From assembly GCA_030265395.1 (NCBI GenBank), contig JARFYF010000074.1, forward strand, positions 44,823,056 through 44,887,055: 64,000 nucleotides of DNA, given 5' to 3'. Origin of the DNA: Rhina ancylostomus. Its lineage: Eukaryota. The notes under the pieces are model-generated. The model was not told where the DNA came from and did no database searches. It worked only from the letters and a program-made list of their open reading frames with translations. Both the position numbers and the translations under genes were made by a program. Positions 1-13,446 of the stretch are shown one piece after another. The first letter of the stretch is position 1; each line of letters begins with the position of its first letter.

Positions 1-1343
1 TTTTACTGCCTTATGGTCTTCTTTGTGTCAGTCCCCTGCTTCTGTTAATGGTGGATCTAAGGCTGTCAGTGGTAAAGTCTTTCCACCTGCCACCTTCTAG
101 TGAGCATGACCCAGATAATTGCCTTAAAATAACACTGTCATGTTGGTGCCTTGGGCATGGGTGGCACTATACTTGCTGGAAGGGGATTACGCTGGTTCCC
201 TGCTTAGTGCCAGCACACAGAGTGTTTGTTTATTATATCACATTCACTGCATCAATTAGCAACATGTAGAGGAGTTCAGTGACATCTTTTTGAAATATCA
301 CACCATCCACTACAAGGGCAATAGGTCTGGTTCACAGATTTCATCACTCTTGGTCTCCAGTCTGAACACTCAGAAGAAAGTATTCCCATCTACTTCCTTT
401 CTGGCTGTGTGCAGGAATCTGGTTTCTGGGAAGTTGGTGCTAATCCCTGCCCTCCATTGGCAACTACCCCCCCACAAGGAATGATGAAACACCCTATGAC
501 TTGGCATGGAGAGGCTGCCTGTGAGGGCTGGCATTAGGTAAACCAGGGTGAGGAGTGTGGCCACTCTGTATGGAGATCTGGGGCTCAAGGCTGCACCCTG
601 GTGAGTTGAAGCATTGCTGGGGACTGGCACCTACTCCATGTGTTGACAGACTGCCCAGGTCCAACATTCTAGATCATTATCCTGCCAGATGTGATGGAAG
701 CTGTCGTCTCCCTGTGTCCCCGTTTGCCAGCACTGCTTTCTCCAGCTCACTTTTGTTACCATAGGAAATCTCTAGGCTGGGAGGGAGCTGTGCAGCCCTG
801 AGCCCTACATCTCAGTGCTGAGTAGCTGCACTGCTCGCCCAGGCCTGCCCAACACCAGTCCGCACAGGCAGCTTCTCCACACTGAGCCGTGGGGCAATTC
901 ATTACTGGATTTGCACCAGGTTCCCAGCACACCAATGGAGAGCTGCAAGATGGGTGGCAGTTTGTTCTAAGTTCCCAGCTGAGCAACACTGTCAGTAAAA
1001 TATATGTAATGCAACCTTCTGATACCATTAGTATTTTTTCCAGGAGCAGATCCTTAGTGCTTTGTGAGATACCAATGCAATTAGAAACCTCTCCTCCAAC
1101 CCCCACAAACAAAAGAGAGTGGGGATCACACTCTGGAGTGATGAGCATGTGTTTGTTTGATTTGACGCAGGCAATGCACGTCGTTAGTGCTGCCCGCTCA
1201 TTTGCATGATCTAGCCTTTGCTGCCCAGTCACCAACACACATGATTAGCTGGATGCTTGTGGAATGAGGCCAGTATTGTGTGGGACATAATGTAGAGTTG
1301 CTGTGCCTAAAGATAACCTACATCACTTAAGCTTGAGATAATC

Positions 1344-3843
1344 TTGGCTGCATCTGGTGCTGGGACTAGGTCTGGGCTACATTCTGATTTGAGAGATATG
1401 CAAGAATGGCATGGCAAGGGAAAGGGCAGGCTCCAAGTTTCTGAGTCTGTATTTGGGGCTTTGGTGGAAGAGGTGAAAAGGAGAGTTGACATTCTCTATC
1501 CAGAAGGAGACAAGAGGACCTTCAGGTTAATAGTCTAAAGGCAATGAGAGCAGATAACCATGCAGAAATATGTTCAATCATGTTACACATGTATTCTTGC
1601 ACACATTGCCGGTTATTTAATTATAATTGTCACGTTACCCAAACTCATTCCACCATACACTGACACACTTTCCTCTCTCTTGTAGAACAAACTGGCATTT
1701 AAGTGGAAACAGGAGCAGCTGACCAATGAGGGACAGTCTCTGGAACATGTCCTTATCCCACTGGAGAAGGCAATCTTCAACTTCACTTTGTGGTACTGGG
1801 CATTGTTGGGTTTATGGTTAGCCAGAGACAGCAACCTCACGGCTAATCTTTTCTCTCACAAGGCAACTCCCTTTATTTCACTTTGTTTCTTCTGATTATC
1901 AAGCTGCAGACGATGTAAGCATGTGCCACGTACATTCTCACCCTACCATTCACCTTGACCATAACTTTGTGCTTTTATGCTTTCAGACTGCCAGCAACTC
2001 CAGCTTGGCTAGATACAGGCATTCCATTCTACCATTTCAAGCTGCAGCTGCCAACTCAGACTCTGGCACTGCACATAATTTAGAGTACAAATAAAAGGAG
2101 TGATCTGAACTGGTGACTGAAGAGACACAAGTAATTTATAACCAGGGTAAATACTTAGCATAACTTATTTGCAGTTCCCTGAGGATGAGGTTGCACACTA
2201 ATGCTGCTGCAGGGCCTTGGAGAAGCACTTCATAGAGTCATAGGGCAATACACCACGCATACAGGCTCTTTGGCCCAACCAGTCCATGCTGATCACGGTA
2301 CACCACCAGCTAAGTCCCAGTTCCCTGCGTTCAGCCCATATCCCTCTAAACCCCGCCCCTCCACGTACCTGTCCAAGTGCTTCATAAATGATACAATTGT
2401 ACCTGCCTCAACCACATCCTCTGGCAGCTTGTTCCATATACTCACCACCCTCTGCATGAATAAGTTGCCCCTCAGGTCCCTTTTAAATCTTTCCCTTTTC
2501 ACCTTAAACCTATGNNNNNNNNNNNNNNNNNNNNNNNNNNNNNNNNNNNNNNNNNNNNNNNNNNNNNNNNNNNNNNNNNNNNNNNNNNNNNNNNNNNNNN
2601 NNNNNNNNNNNNNNNNNNNNNNNNNNNNNNNNNNNNNNNNNNNNNNNNNNNNNNNNNNNNATCTCCTGCGGCTTGAGACATATGTGGCCCTCCTAATCTC
2701 TGAGGGAACCTACTCTCTCCCTAGCCAGCCTTTTACTCTTTATATGGTATAGGATAGAGAAGAAGGTTTATAGGTAGGCACAATTAAAATCTTGGTTCCT
2801 TAGCAAACCTGCCAGGAAGCCTGCATGCAGTCAAGCAGTATCAACTTAGCACAGGACTCTACTCAGCACCCATCAATTCCAGCTTGGAGATAGTGGGCTT
2901 CTCTTTAAGTGCATTTGTAGATCAAAACGTGATGTAGAATCTGATGAGGGATGCTTCATTTTCTATTGTAGCACAAGTAGAGACTGCCCAATGTCTGGGT
3001 ACTGCAGTAGCAGCTCAGATTGCTGTCATCATAGTGCAGAATGCAGACTGCAAATGAGCTTGTAGGCTGCAACAACAGTTTGGAAATCTCTCCTCCAACA
3101 CAAGATCAGGATAGCTGAGGAGCCATCCTTGAGGAGTGGCAATAGCACTATGCAACTGTTTTGCGCTCTAAGGATATCAGCATTCCCTCTACCACCAGTC
3201 CCTCACTCTCAGTACCCTGGCTGTTGCCCGTCAGCCCTCTCCAACTGGCACTTACACTGAGGTTCTGTAGTCAACACAAAGCCTTCTAGGTCTAGAGCTA
3301 TATGAGATCATTCTCAAGGGACTGCTGCAGTTTTGTCCACCAAATATCTGCCATTAGTGGGACATTGGGTAGAAGCAAGAGGACAGCCAGCAGTTGCATT
3401 AACATGGTGCTCAAGGAACACCCAAGAACGGTCAATTGATATTTCTATGTAAAATGGAATGCCTTGATTTATAAGTCTGGTTTGGAACATTGAGTTGGTG
3501 TCGTCATATTTTTGTATTGAACAGAACAGGTGGAGTGTTGACCACTATGAGAGGGAGGAGGACGTGGGTATTGTTCATGAATAGGGAATTGGGATTGCAT
3601 GTACTGTGATTGCAAATAGAAGAGCTGATCCAGGCCAGAAAGTAGCTGTCTTAGCGGCCTTCTATCTTTTTTCCTCTTCCCCTTCCTCCTCTTCGCTCAG
3701 TTGCTTGCAATATAGCTGATGGCAAAAGTTGTGCCATCAATTTTCCCAGCAGTGCTCCAGACCGTAGTTTCAGATTGCTAGTAGCTTGCTCCATCACATC
3801 TTGTATGGCAGCATTGCTTTCATTGCATGCATCCTGCTTCCCT
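1344..3843. mobile_element. Decayed Harbinger/PIF DNA transposon: Myb/SANT-like ORF relic on +, HARBI1-type nuclease C-terminal relic on -
   Basis: +1344-1538 contains VSESVFGALVEEVKRRVDILYP, like the start of Harbinger Myb/SANT proteins. The minus strand from about 3843 reads CNESNAAIQDVMEQATSNLKLRSGAL followed by an acidic EEEEGEEE stretch, like the HARBI1 YNxxHxxTRxxxExxxGxLKxRF motif. The convergent layout is common in Harbinger. Confidence 0.6.
2231..2750 (-). mobile_element. CR1 LINE 3' fragment (spans an N gap)
   Basis: ORF 2293-2502 RFKRDLRGNLFMQRVVSIWNKLPEDVVEAGTIVSFMKHLDRY matches the CR1 ORF2 C-terminus; the tail ends ...tgactctatg on the minus strand. Confidence 0.85.
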
Positions 3844-6800
3844 CATTTGCTTCCCTTCATCCGCTTCTATTAAGCCAACTGCAGGGAGAGAACTGAAAGC
3901 GATGTTTTAATAGCTTTCTCAAATAGCAGCAAAAATACACTGTGGTTTAAAAAAATCCCTGGCATTCAAGAACCTGGCCAGCTTTTAAAAGCAAAGGAAC
4001 AGGAAAACTGCAGGCAACCCGTTAGCTTCATCAGATTTCTATGGATTTTTTATGTACGATCATATTATTGGCATGGATTTCAAGCACTATACACAGCAGT
4101 CAGGAAGCAAATGAGCTGAGGACCACAAAATCATCCCACACGCACAATTCGTACCAGCATTTAAATCATCAGTGTGCTTAGAATACCATTTATAAAATAC
4201 ACAAAAAATGTGCTTAATCTGCTACTAAAATTGAGAGTGCAGCACCAGCTTTAAGTGTTGCAGCAGTATTAGGTAGGTCCTTAAGGTTTTCAAAAATTGT
4301 TGTCCCCACCCCCTGGCCCACTATTTTACAAAACTATATGAGAAACATGGTGAAGTGTGTGAATGTAAATATGCTTAAGGAACAGTGGGTGCAACATTGG
4401 CAAGTCTTGCTGTATTTTGTATTTTTTTATTTTCCCCAGAATTACCTTGCATGTTGAACTGTAGGTTCATCACAGCAACACATGGATACTGCCACTGGCT
4501 CTGTTTAACTCCACATGTTGCATTTACAAAGGCTAGTGAGGTATGCTGGCACCTTTCCACAATTTTTAGTAGATCAAGAATGAGTGAAATGTGCATTTAG
4601 ATTGGTGGTTATCAAAGTGTTACTGTTTGATGAGTAGCATTCCCAACTATACTGCTTATCCAGAAAAGCAAATAGCAGTGGCTATTGTACCATTTATTGG
4701 CACTTTCCACCCTTCATTCCATGTAATACATTGATTACCTCTCTCCCACCCCTCACAATTACATGAGCTTTGAGTATTGTCAAAACCTTTTATGTCAGTC
4801 CATTCCTCTTTCAACAAAACATGTCAAAGGTCAGACCTCAGTGCCATTCAACTTTCCAATATATATGCAGCCAGCTTCAGGCATGCTACCAGAGAAGAGA
4901 GAAAACAAACTCTCCACAACATGCCGGAAATCACACTCTATTATTTTTCTTTTAATCAGGTGATTCTGAACTATAAACAGCTTGTTGTAATGATAAGCAA
5001 TCTTAAACAAGCCACATTTCAGCCTTTTGTATGTGTGCATACAGCTGAACAAAAGTCTTGCTTTCTCATCTTTGTTCAACCACTGTACAGGTATCTACAT
5101 TGTTATCAGCTCTGAATGGCAAAGTATGAGTGAATGAATGCTTATTTACAAACTGAGGCCCAGGGAAAGGAAGTACATTATAGAACACGAATCTCACTAT
5201 CTCACTGTGCAAAATGTTTAACTCTGTCCATAAATACGAAGTGTTGGCTCTGTAATTCACCAAATAAAATCAATGGACCTTTTGCATTGTATGCTATTAA
5301 CTTATGCCTCATCGTCTGCAAAGAAGAGATAGTGACTTAACTGTTCAGAATCGGCTTCCCTCCACTATGTAAGTCAAGGTCACATTTAATTGTCACAAAA
5401 TCAGAAAATTTGTTTTGATGTAATTGCTTCCCTCCAGGTTTTTTGGACTGTTGCAAGTCCACAATTCCCTGCTGGTGCTAATTTCCCAATAGTACCATAA
5501 GACTTATCATTGTGTCGAGGTGATAATGCAGATTTTCCTCTGCTCAGGCACACAATAGAGGATAAATGAGCAGAGGCATATAACTTCTAGTTTCTACCAA
5601 GGTTACACAGCTCCCAGACATGCTTTATGGCTTTGGCCAGGACGCACTTCAATTTTCTGCAAAGAGGTGCATTGAGATCAATGAAATCTAGATGGTTGAC
5701 TAGCTGTCATCAAATGGTTAGCTAGGTTCCTTCATCAAACTAGAAAGGAAAGCATGATGCCAGCAAATTGGAAATGGATGCCATTGTATAAGTGCAAGAG
5801 GAAAAGAGAAGATTGCATGACTATTGTTGCATTACATCACTCTCTTCCCTAAGCAACCTATTTGCCTCAGTTTTGCTGGTCACAGTCAAAGGTAAATTTC
5901 TAGTAGCATGTCATAGGTAACGAAACAATTTCATACTTGGAGCAAAACTTGGAGGAACTCAGCAGGTCAGGCAGCATCTGTAGAGGGACATGAATAGTCC
6001 ACATTTTTAGTCCTGATGATCAAACATGATTCACAGCAGGAGAAGAGTGGCAGGACACCTGCACACCATCAGTGTTCTTGGCCTGGAGGTGGGCAATGCA
6101 CTTTAAAATACTAAGGCTATAGTAATAGTAAACAAATACTTTGGAGCATTTCACCCAAGAACCAAGAGTGAAGCCCATTTTTCTTTAAAACCATGCCACA
6201 TGCTGTTTGTGGCATCTGATTTAGTCCCAGCTGTTTGTTCCAAATTAACAAGAGTGTTGTACTAAATGAAGAACTTCATCTAAGGTCATGGTCCTCTCTC
6301 TGAAATATCCCTCAAACTGAATTTGTCATCAACTAAATTTCTTGGCTTTTGTAAGGAAAGCCAAGAAATTTGGCTGAGGAACTGCTTATGCGTAACAGAT
6401 TTGAAGACTAGGAGAGTAAAAGCTCTGGCATTACTGGTTTCACTAAAATAACCACTTTGCAAACAAATGCCGGGATGACGTTTGCAGAGCAGGCACGGTA
6501 CAAAAACAAACTGTTCAATAAACACGTAAAATTACCAATGAAAGAGTCATTGAATCATTCCACTGCTAACTTTGGCAGTCTTATTCTGGGGTTGAATGTT
6601 CAGATCAAATAATAAACATGCAGATTGTTCAAAATGAATAATGCTGTGTAAATAAGATGGCATTTGATTTTGCTAGTGCAGAGGAGACCACATTGTGAGC
6701 ACCAATTGCTATACACTAAACTGAAGAAGTGCAACTGGATTGCAGTTTCATCTGAAAAGACTATTTGGGTTTTTGAATAGCAGGAAAGGATATTGTAAAA

Positions 6801-7689
6801 GGACAGATATGGTATTTCCTGAGGTTGTATGGGAAAGTGCCATGAAGAGGGGAGTAAAGGTGGAAATGGAAGAATGAATCAGGTAACCATGAGGGAACTG
6901 TATTTTAGGAACATTTTAGCCTCCATGTTAGGAAATAGGCTTCAAATAAGTGGAGATCTTCTGTCAACACTAGTTCAAATCTTTTGCCTGGGCTGCTAAG
7001 TGTATGTAAGGAGATGAGATTTTTTTGTGTGGGAGATCATTAACATTTATATTGAAGAGGGCTGGCACAAGATTAAACCTGGGAGAACTCATGATTGATT
7101 GCTTAAGGGCAAACTATTTAAGATATAGGAGAAATGTTGCTTGCAATCCATGAACTGATCAGCCTCAGTCCATTCACACAACACATGATCTCTGACTGTT
7201 TTACCATTAATCCTTTGGGCAGATGGTGATGATGAAGGAAAGGTCTACAGTGGTTGGTCCTCCTTAAGGCTGTTCTGAAACCTAACCTGATAAAGAAGTT
7301 CAGTGAAGGGACCTTCTCGGTTTCAGTCCATATCAGATCCTGCCCCATTGGTTTCTCTCTCAAGAAGCATGCTCAATCTGTTTAGAAGATGTCCAGGGAC
7401 AGTATGTGAAGCAGAGGGCATTTGGTTAGTAATTTCAGGAGCTGTCACGAGGCTTTCCTGGCTTAGCAATAGTATTAAACTTGGATTGAAGCCAGATGTT
7501 TGGGACGATGCTGGATTTATGGATCTTTCTGAATAATTTCATGAGCTATTTCTCCTTATGAGATCAAAAAAATTTTAAAGATTTAATTGCTATCAATGTT
7601 ATGTTCACTTCATTGCATTTGTGGTCTTATCAACAAATAAAGATAGAATCTGTGGTTATGTTACATACAGCCATAGAAATGAAAATAAA

Positions 7690-7850
7690 CAAAAATTGCA
7701 GATGCTAGAAATCTGAAATAAAAACAGAAAATGATGGAAAGATGCAGCAGGTCAGGCAGCATCTGTAGGAAGAGAAGCAGAATCAAAGTTTCAACTCCGA
7801 TGGAGGCTCTCTCTTTCCATAGATCCTGCCTGAGTGCTTCTGTTTTTACT
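7690..7850. mobile_element. Penelope-derived short palindromic repeat
   Basis: gcagatgctagaaatctgaaataaaaacagaaaa...caggtcaggcagcatctgt followed by its partial reverse complement. Related copies lie near 5940, 11405, 18400, 27890, 32900, 39030, 42120, 53430 and 58500. Confidence 0.6.
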
Positions 7851-7859
7851 TTGAACTCT

Positions 7860-8230
7860 CTGAAGTGCTTTGTGTTTTACTGCCATTCTGAAGAGCAATC
7901 TTGGCAGTAATGTAGGAAATATAACAGCCAGCCATGTTAAATAACTGGATTTCAGTGCTTTAGTTAAAGGATTAAAATTAGCAGGGCACTAGTTGAAATC
8001 CCTTTTTCCTCTTAGAATAGTGCAGTGAGATTGCTCATATCCATCCAAGAGGGCAGGCAATGTGCCGTTTAACACCTCATCTGAAACGTGGCAACTTTGA
8101 CAGGGCAGCACATCTGAAATGGTACTTAAATGTCACAATATATTATATGCTCAAATCTCTGTAATCAGACTTAAACCAACACACATCTGCACTAGCCAGC
8201 ACAATTCTACCAATGAGCTGAGAATGACAT
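7860..8230 (-). mobile_element. Deu-domain SINE (SacSINE1/AmnSINE-like), old copy
   Basis: catccaagagggcag...gtttaacacctcatctgaaacgtggcaactttgacagggcagcac is the reverse complement of the Deu core (GTGCTGCACTGTC..GGTGCC..TTTCAGATGAG..GTTAAAC). Confidence 0.65.
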
Positions 8231-10924
8231 GTAAAACACTGCAATATTTTTTTCTGCCATGATTATTATTGATTGCAAAATCACCCTCACTTTTCAAGAT
8301 TATATTGCATGGCTGTTCTCGGTGCAGGATTATGACAAACTACAGAAGTGAGAGTATTTGTGAGGCTATTTTTGAAACACCAATTTAGTTGCAGTTTTGT
8401 TTTCACACTTGCTTTCATTTGGATGTGTTAGTAAGGTTCCTTGATACACTGGGATTATAATAAAATGCCACTTTTAAAAGCTGGGTTCTATTCTTCTTAA
8501 TGAGGTCGTCAGGTACAGTCTCTAATCATCATATTTCATCACAGAATAAACAGTGTCTCTATTGACCATGTTCATGTCACGTTTAAAATGAAGGGACCTT
8601 TGACCCAACACCATCAGCAGTTGTCAGAAGGAGTGAGAAGGTAAGGCTTGTCTAAGGCTATTGGAGGGCAAGCTGCTGAGAATGTACAGATGTTAAAACA
8701 TGCTTTTTTCTGCTTTTTGATTGAAGAATTGCAAAGCCATCTCAGGCTGTGCAGACTAATGCTACTAGGCCACTGCAGGTTGTTAGAAATATATGATTTT
8801 ATTGTGATTATGCTCTGCTAACAGAGATGGTGCTTATCTATCACCTTGCTGACTAAATTTGTACACTGTTATCATAACCAAGACCTTAGTAAGTACTTCA
8901 TGAGTTAAAATGTGGATTTGAGGGTTCTTGGCTGAATCTGGAAGTAAGTAAGCCCTTTGTTGGCAGCATTCTCTACAATGTGGTCAGTTCCAGCTTTAGA
9001 TATTGTCTTCTGAATGGCATCATTGACTAGCTTGACTAATGCTCAGCAATTCCTGCTCTGGCTGCTATCCTGATATCACTTATTACACATGGACATTTGT
9101 GAATGAAATGTCACTTTGTGGGGATGATGTCAGTGTCAGCTGTCGAGGCTGTATGAGAAAGCTGTTCTGGGTTAATGAGGTTTTCCATGAATGACTCAAT
9201 TGACGGGCTCTGCTTTGCTGTGCACAATCCGTTAGTTTTAGCACTTTATCCACAGATGGTTTGAATCACTCACATTGCATAGTTATTGATCATTGTGGGG
9301 CAATCTTCCGTCTACAAGGTCTCCTCAGCATCCGGAAAAAGACTGCTACTTGTGGCTGAGCTATTATAGATTGGAGTTTGTATCAATATGGATTCAATTA
9401 CTGTAGCAAGCTTTTGAACCAATAACACACATGTACCTGTGACCTGTAACAAGCGGTAACACTTGCTGAGTTCTTTTGATTGACATCAGACTGGTAACAT
9501 TTGGTATGTCAGTGCTGATTTCCACCAGACAAACATAGCTCATTTACCATTGAAGACTATAAGAAGTTGTTTGGGCCAACATTTATCTCTCAACCAAGAT
9601 TTAAAAGAGTTGATTTGTCCCTTTATTGCACCAGTGAGAACAACCTGATTGCTGCATGCTTTGGGACATCCTGAAGTTATGGAAAAATTATGCAAATGTA
9701 AATCTACTTTTCTCTTTTTTTGTAACTTGCTATTTCTGCCCAGATCTTAAACAAAGTGATAAATATCACAATGAGACATCTCATCTTTAACTGATTCATA
9801 TCATTCCACATATTAGTGTTCTCCTTTGCCCTGCTACAAATGTTGGATGTCCATGTTATATTAGACTAGCAATGCAAATTAGTTTGGTTTTGTAACATTT
9901 CTGTTACTATGACCATTGGTTGGTTTTCAATTACCCAGTCAAACCAGCACAAAATGGTGTTACTGAATTCAAGATATTGTTCATTTGTTAATGCAAGATC
10001 AATGATCAAGTTGCTCTGAATACTGGTAAAGATTAAAGTTCTTTATACAATGAACAGTCCTCTGAAAAAGGAGCAGTAATGATGAAAATTCAAGTTTATT
10101 TTGGGATTTGTCGCTGGTGTTTGGAACTTAGAGAATCAAATTCAAGTAACTGGTTCTGCCAGGTGACTCATAAGTTACAGGGTTGACAGATATACTTTCT
10201 GCTAGGCTCTCAGGGAAAATGGACACATGTGGGTAACGAAGACAAAGAGAGACACCTTTACCAATCAGTGAAACTCACTCATTACTATAAATATGGAATG
10301 TTGGAAGCAAAAAACAAATATAAGAAAACTAACAAAAAATGCATGTAGCTACAGTACTATCTGTGGTCCAACTTTCTCCCTTTATGCTTGGATATGTGGA
10401 CTCTTGCCTGGTGCCCATCATACACAAACTTAGATGGTGAAGGTTGTGCAGATTACTTAATAGTGGATGGCATCTTAGCTGAATTTACTGTGCTGCACTT
10501 GACATAGTTTTGACACAGTTGACTTAAACATTTTAGAACCATAACATTAATAATTATAGGCTCATATGTACACAGGTTCATGGCTTGCAGGTAGAACACA
10601 AATTAGCTATTGGCCTTACTTTCTCTTGCATTAGCTTTTATACTACATTTGTAAAGATGTCAAGGTCAAGATTCTCAATTTACTTATAGAATAGGGCAGT
10701 CTCTGAAGCCTCGTGGCATTGTTATCCGATAGCCAGATTGCACCAGGACTGCATTCCTATCCAATTGGGCTCTTTTCTATGCAATAAATCGGATTAGCAA
10801 ATCTAGTTTGATTTGCTTGTAAACTATTACAGAAGAATTTGCCCCACAGCAATTCACATATCTCAAAGCTGCTAGTGGGTTTCACTGTGTAACTATTCTG
10901 TCCCAAGCATTTTTACTACCTCTT

Positions 10925-11640
10925 CCAAAGTGACCAAATTTGCTGATGATACCAAACTAGGAGGAGCAAGCAGAGGCATGTGTACTTCCTGTATATATTG
11001 AAATGTCTATGCATGAAGTAGAAAGAAACATCAGCGATTTAATGGCTCAGTGATAAATATTTCCAACCAAATTGTTGGAATTTTGAACAATGAATTGAAA
11101 GCACCAGGTTGTAAGTCAGGGAGACACTGAGATCAGTATTGAGATTCGTTCCATTTATCAAGAAAGATGATACACTATTAGATGTTAGAGGAAGGTGAAG
11201 AACCATAAGGCTGATCCCCAGTTGGACTTATGGAGACAGACAGGTATAATTTGCTTGGAAAATATATGACCAAGAAACATATCAAACATATATGACTGAG
11301 AAAATCTTACAAAAGATGCTAAGAGTATTGCAGAAGTTGACAAGAATTTTGATGCAACTCAAATCATGGCAGTTGAAGTAGGTGATGCAAGTTCATTTTA
11401 GAGATGTTCTGATGAAAAGTCATCAAACTAACTCTGCTTCCCTCTCTTCAGAAGCTGCCTGACTTCTGAATATTTCCATTATTTTCAGTTATAGTTTTAA
11501 GATGTTTACTTTTGGGCTAATACCAGGACATTTTTTAACATAATGATCAACACTTTGAATAAGTTTCCAATAGTTTGGTGGAGGAAAAACACGAGAATCA
11601 TTGAGAAACAAGTGTATGCTAGAGGGTGCATATGACCTTA
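10925..11640 (+). mobile_element. CR1 LINE relic, highly decayed
   Basis: aaatttgctgatgataccaaactaggagga = KFADDTKLGG reverse-transcriptase motif near 10936, with decayed ORF2 C-terminal sequence downstream. Confidence 0.65.
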
Positions 11641-12566
11641 TTCACCTGAAATTATCTTATGAGGTGAAAATGGTGATGACAAAAGATGAGATGAAAGGAA
11701 AAAGGGAACAGAGGTAGTTCAATGATTTCAACATATGCAAAATAGATTGGAAGTTAGGCATTGTTTAATTAGAATCCAAAAGCAATTTACTGAGATGTGA
11801 ATTATTCACTTGTGAAGAATCCAGGCACTTTCTCGAATGCGTGCACATTACTGTGCTAATCCATTGTTCCATCTGCTCTTGACCACTTGATGGAGCCATT
11901 TGTTGTGGTGGAACATTTCGTATCAAGGATGAAACATCAGCAAAAGAGCTTCGTGTTCAACAAAGCATGTTTACATGTGATATTAAACTCTATTAACATT
12001 TGAGGAAGGACATTAATGTTGATTAATCTGTAGTTATTGTCCCTCAGACTGTTATTGACAGAACTTTGAGGTGTTTGGAATTTCACTGTGCAGTTACCCA
12101 GTTTTCTTATTTGCTATGACCTGTACAGCACAGTTCAGCCAGACTACTATGCAGCCTATTTGTGAGAGCAGTTTTTCACTTACTGGGATAATAAAAGAAG
12201 TTGTAATGAATCTTTCCTGAAATGTAAGTGGTTTAGTAATTGTTATTTCAAATCTGTTGTATCCATTGAAGGTAAAATACCAATCAAACTATCACTTTCA
12301 CAACAAGTTACTGGATATGCCAGGCTAGAAACTGATCAGATCTCAGCATGGGGTTGTTAAGAATAAACAGGTAACATTTTTCAGTTACAGGAGTGGACAC
12401 ATTATAAAAGAAAAAGTGAAGGAAGATTTTAATTCACATAACACCTCTCACATCACAGTATGCCTTACAGCCATTGAAGTACTTTAGTAGTATAGTTGCT
12501 GCTGTTGTGCAGGAAATTTGGCAGCTAATTTGCATACAGCAAACTCCCAAAAACAGCAATGTGTAG

Positions 12567-12900
12567 ATGGCACAGTGGCCTTACCTCTCCAGCTCTTGGT
12601 TTTGATCCTGACCTAAGGTGCTGTTTCTGTGAAGTTTGTATGTACTTCCTGTGACTGCATGGATTTCTCCTGGGTGCTCCACTTTCCTCCCATATCCCAG
12701 AGACATGCAGGTAAATAGGTAAATTGGCTACTGTAACTGATCCCCATTGTAGGTGGGTGGTGGGAGAATTAGGGGGAGAGTGGATGGGCACATCTGGGGG
12801 AATAGTTTGCAGGGTAATCAGTGGGAGAAAGGAATCAATCAGTTACTCTGAGAGTCAGTATAGTCTTGTTGGGCCAAATGGCCTTCTTCTATATCGTGAG
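12567..12900 (+). mobile_element. V-domain tRNA SINE (HE1-like) with CR1-type tail
   Basis: V core gtgactgcatggatttctcctgggtgctccactttcctcccat; tail gggccaaatggccttcttct. Confidence 0.7.
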
Positions 12901-13154
12901 AAATCATTTACTGTAGGAGTGTCAAAGACTATATAATCTGTTTTAGCGACGTCAATTGATAGACAATATTTTCTAGGACACTGTGAATATTGCCAAAGGA
13001 CCTTCAGCATCCACCTGACAAAGCAGACAGGACATTAGTTTAATGTTTATCCACAAGAAGGTGCCTCAAACAATGCAGTACTCACTCAGTAGTGCACTAG
13101 CATTCTAGTCTAGATTCTTGTGCTCAAGTCTCTATAGAAGGATATGGACCCAAA

Positions 13155-13446
13155 ACCCTCACCATCCAGGACATGCCCTCTTCTCATTATTACCATCAGG
13201 GAGAAGATACAGTAGTCTGAAGACTCACACTCAACAATTTGGGAACAGCTTCTTCCTGTCCACCATCAGATTTCTGAGTGGTCCATGAACCTATGAACAC
13301 TACCTTCCATTTCATTTTTTGCACTATTTATTTATTTCGTAGTTTATAGTGATTTTTATGTCTTTGCACTGTACTGTTGCCGCAAAACAACAAATTTCAC
13401 GTCATATATGTCAGTGACAATAAAGCTGATTCTGAGTCTGATTCTG
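13155..13446 (+). mobile_element. Rex1/Babar-like LINE 3' end
   Basis: HHPGHALFSLLPSGRRYSSLKTHTQQFGNSFF-like C-terminus, an AATAAA, and a (GATTCT)n-type tail. Confidence 0.7.
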
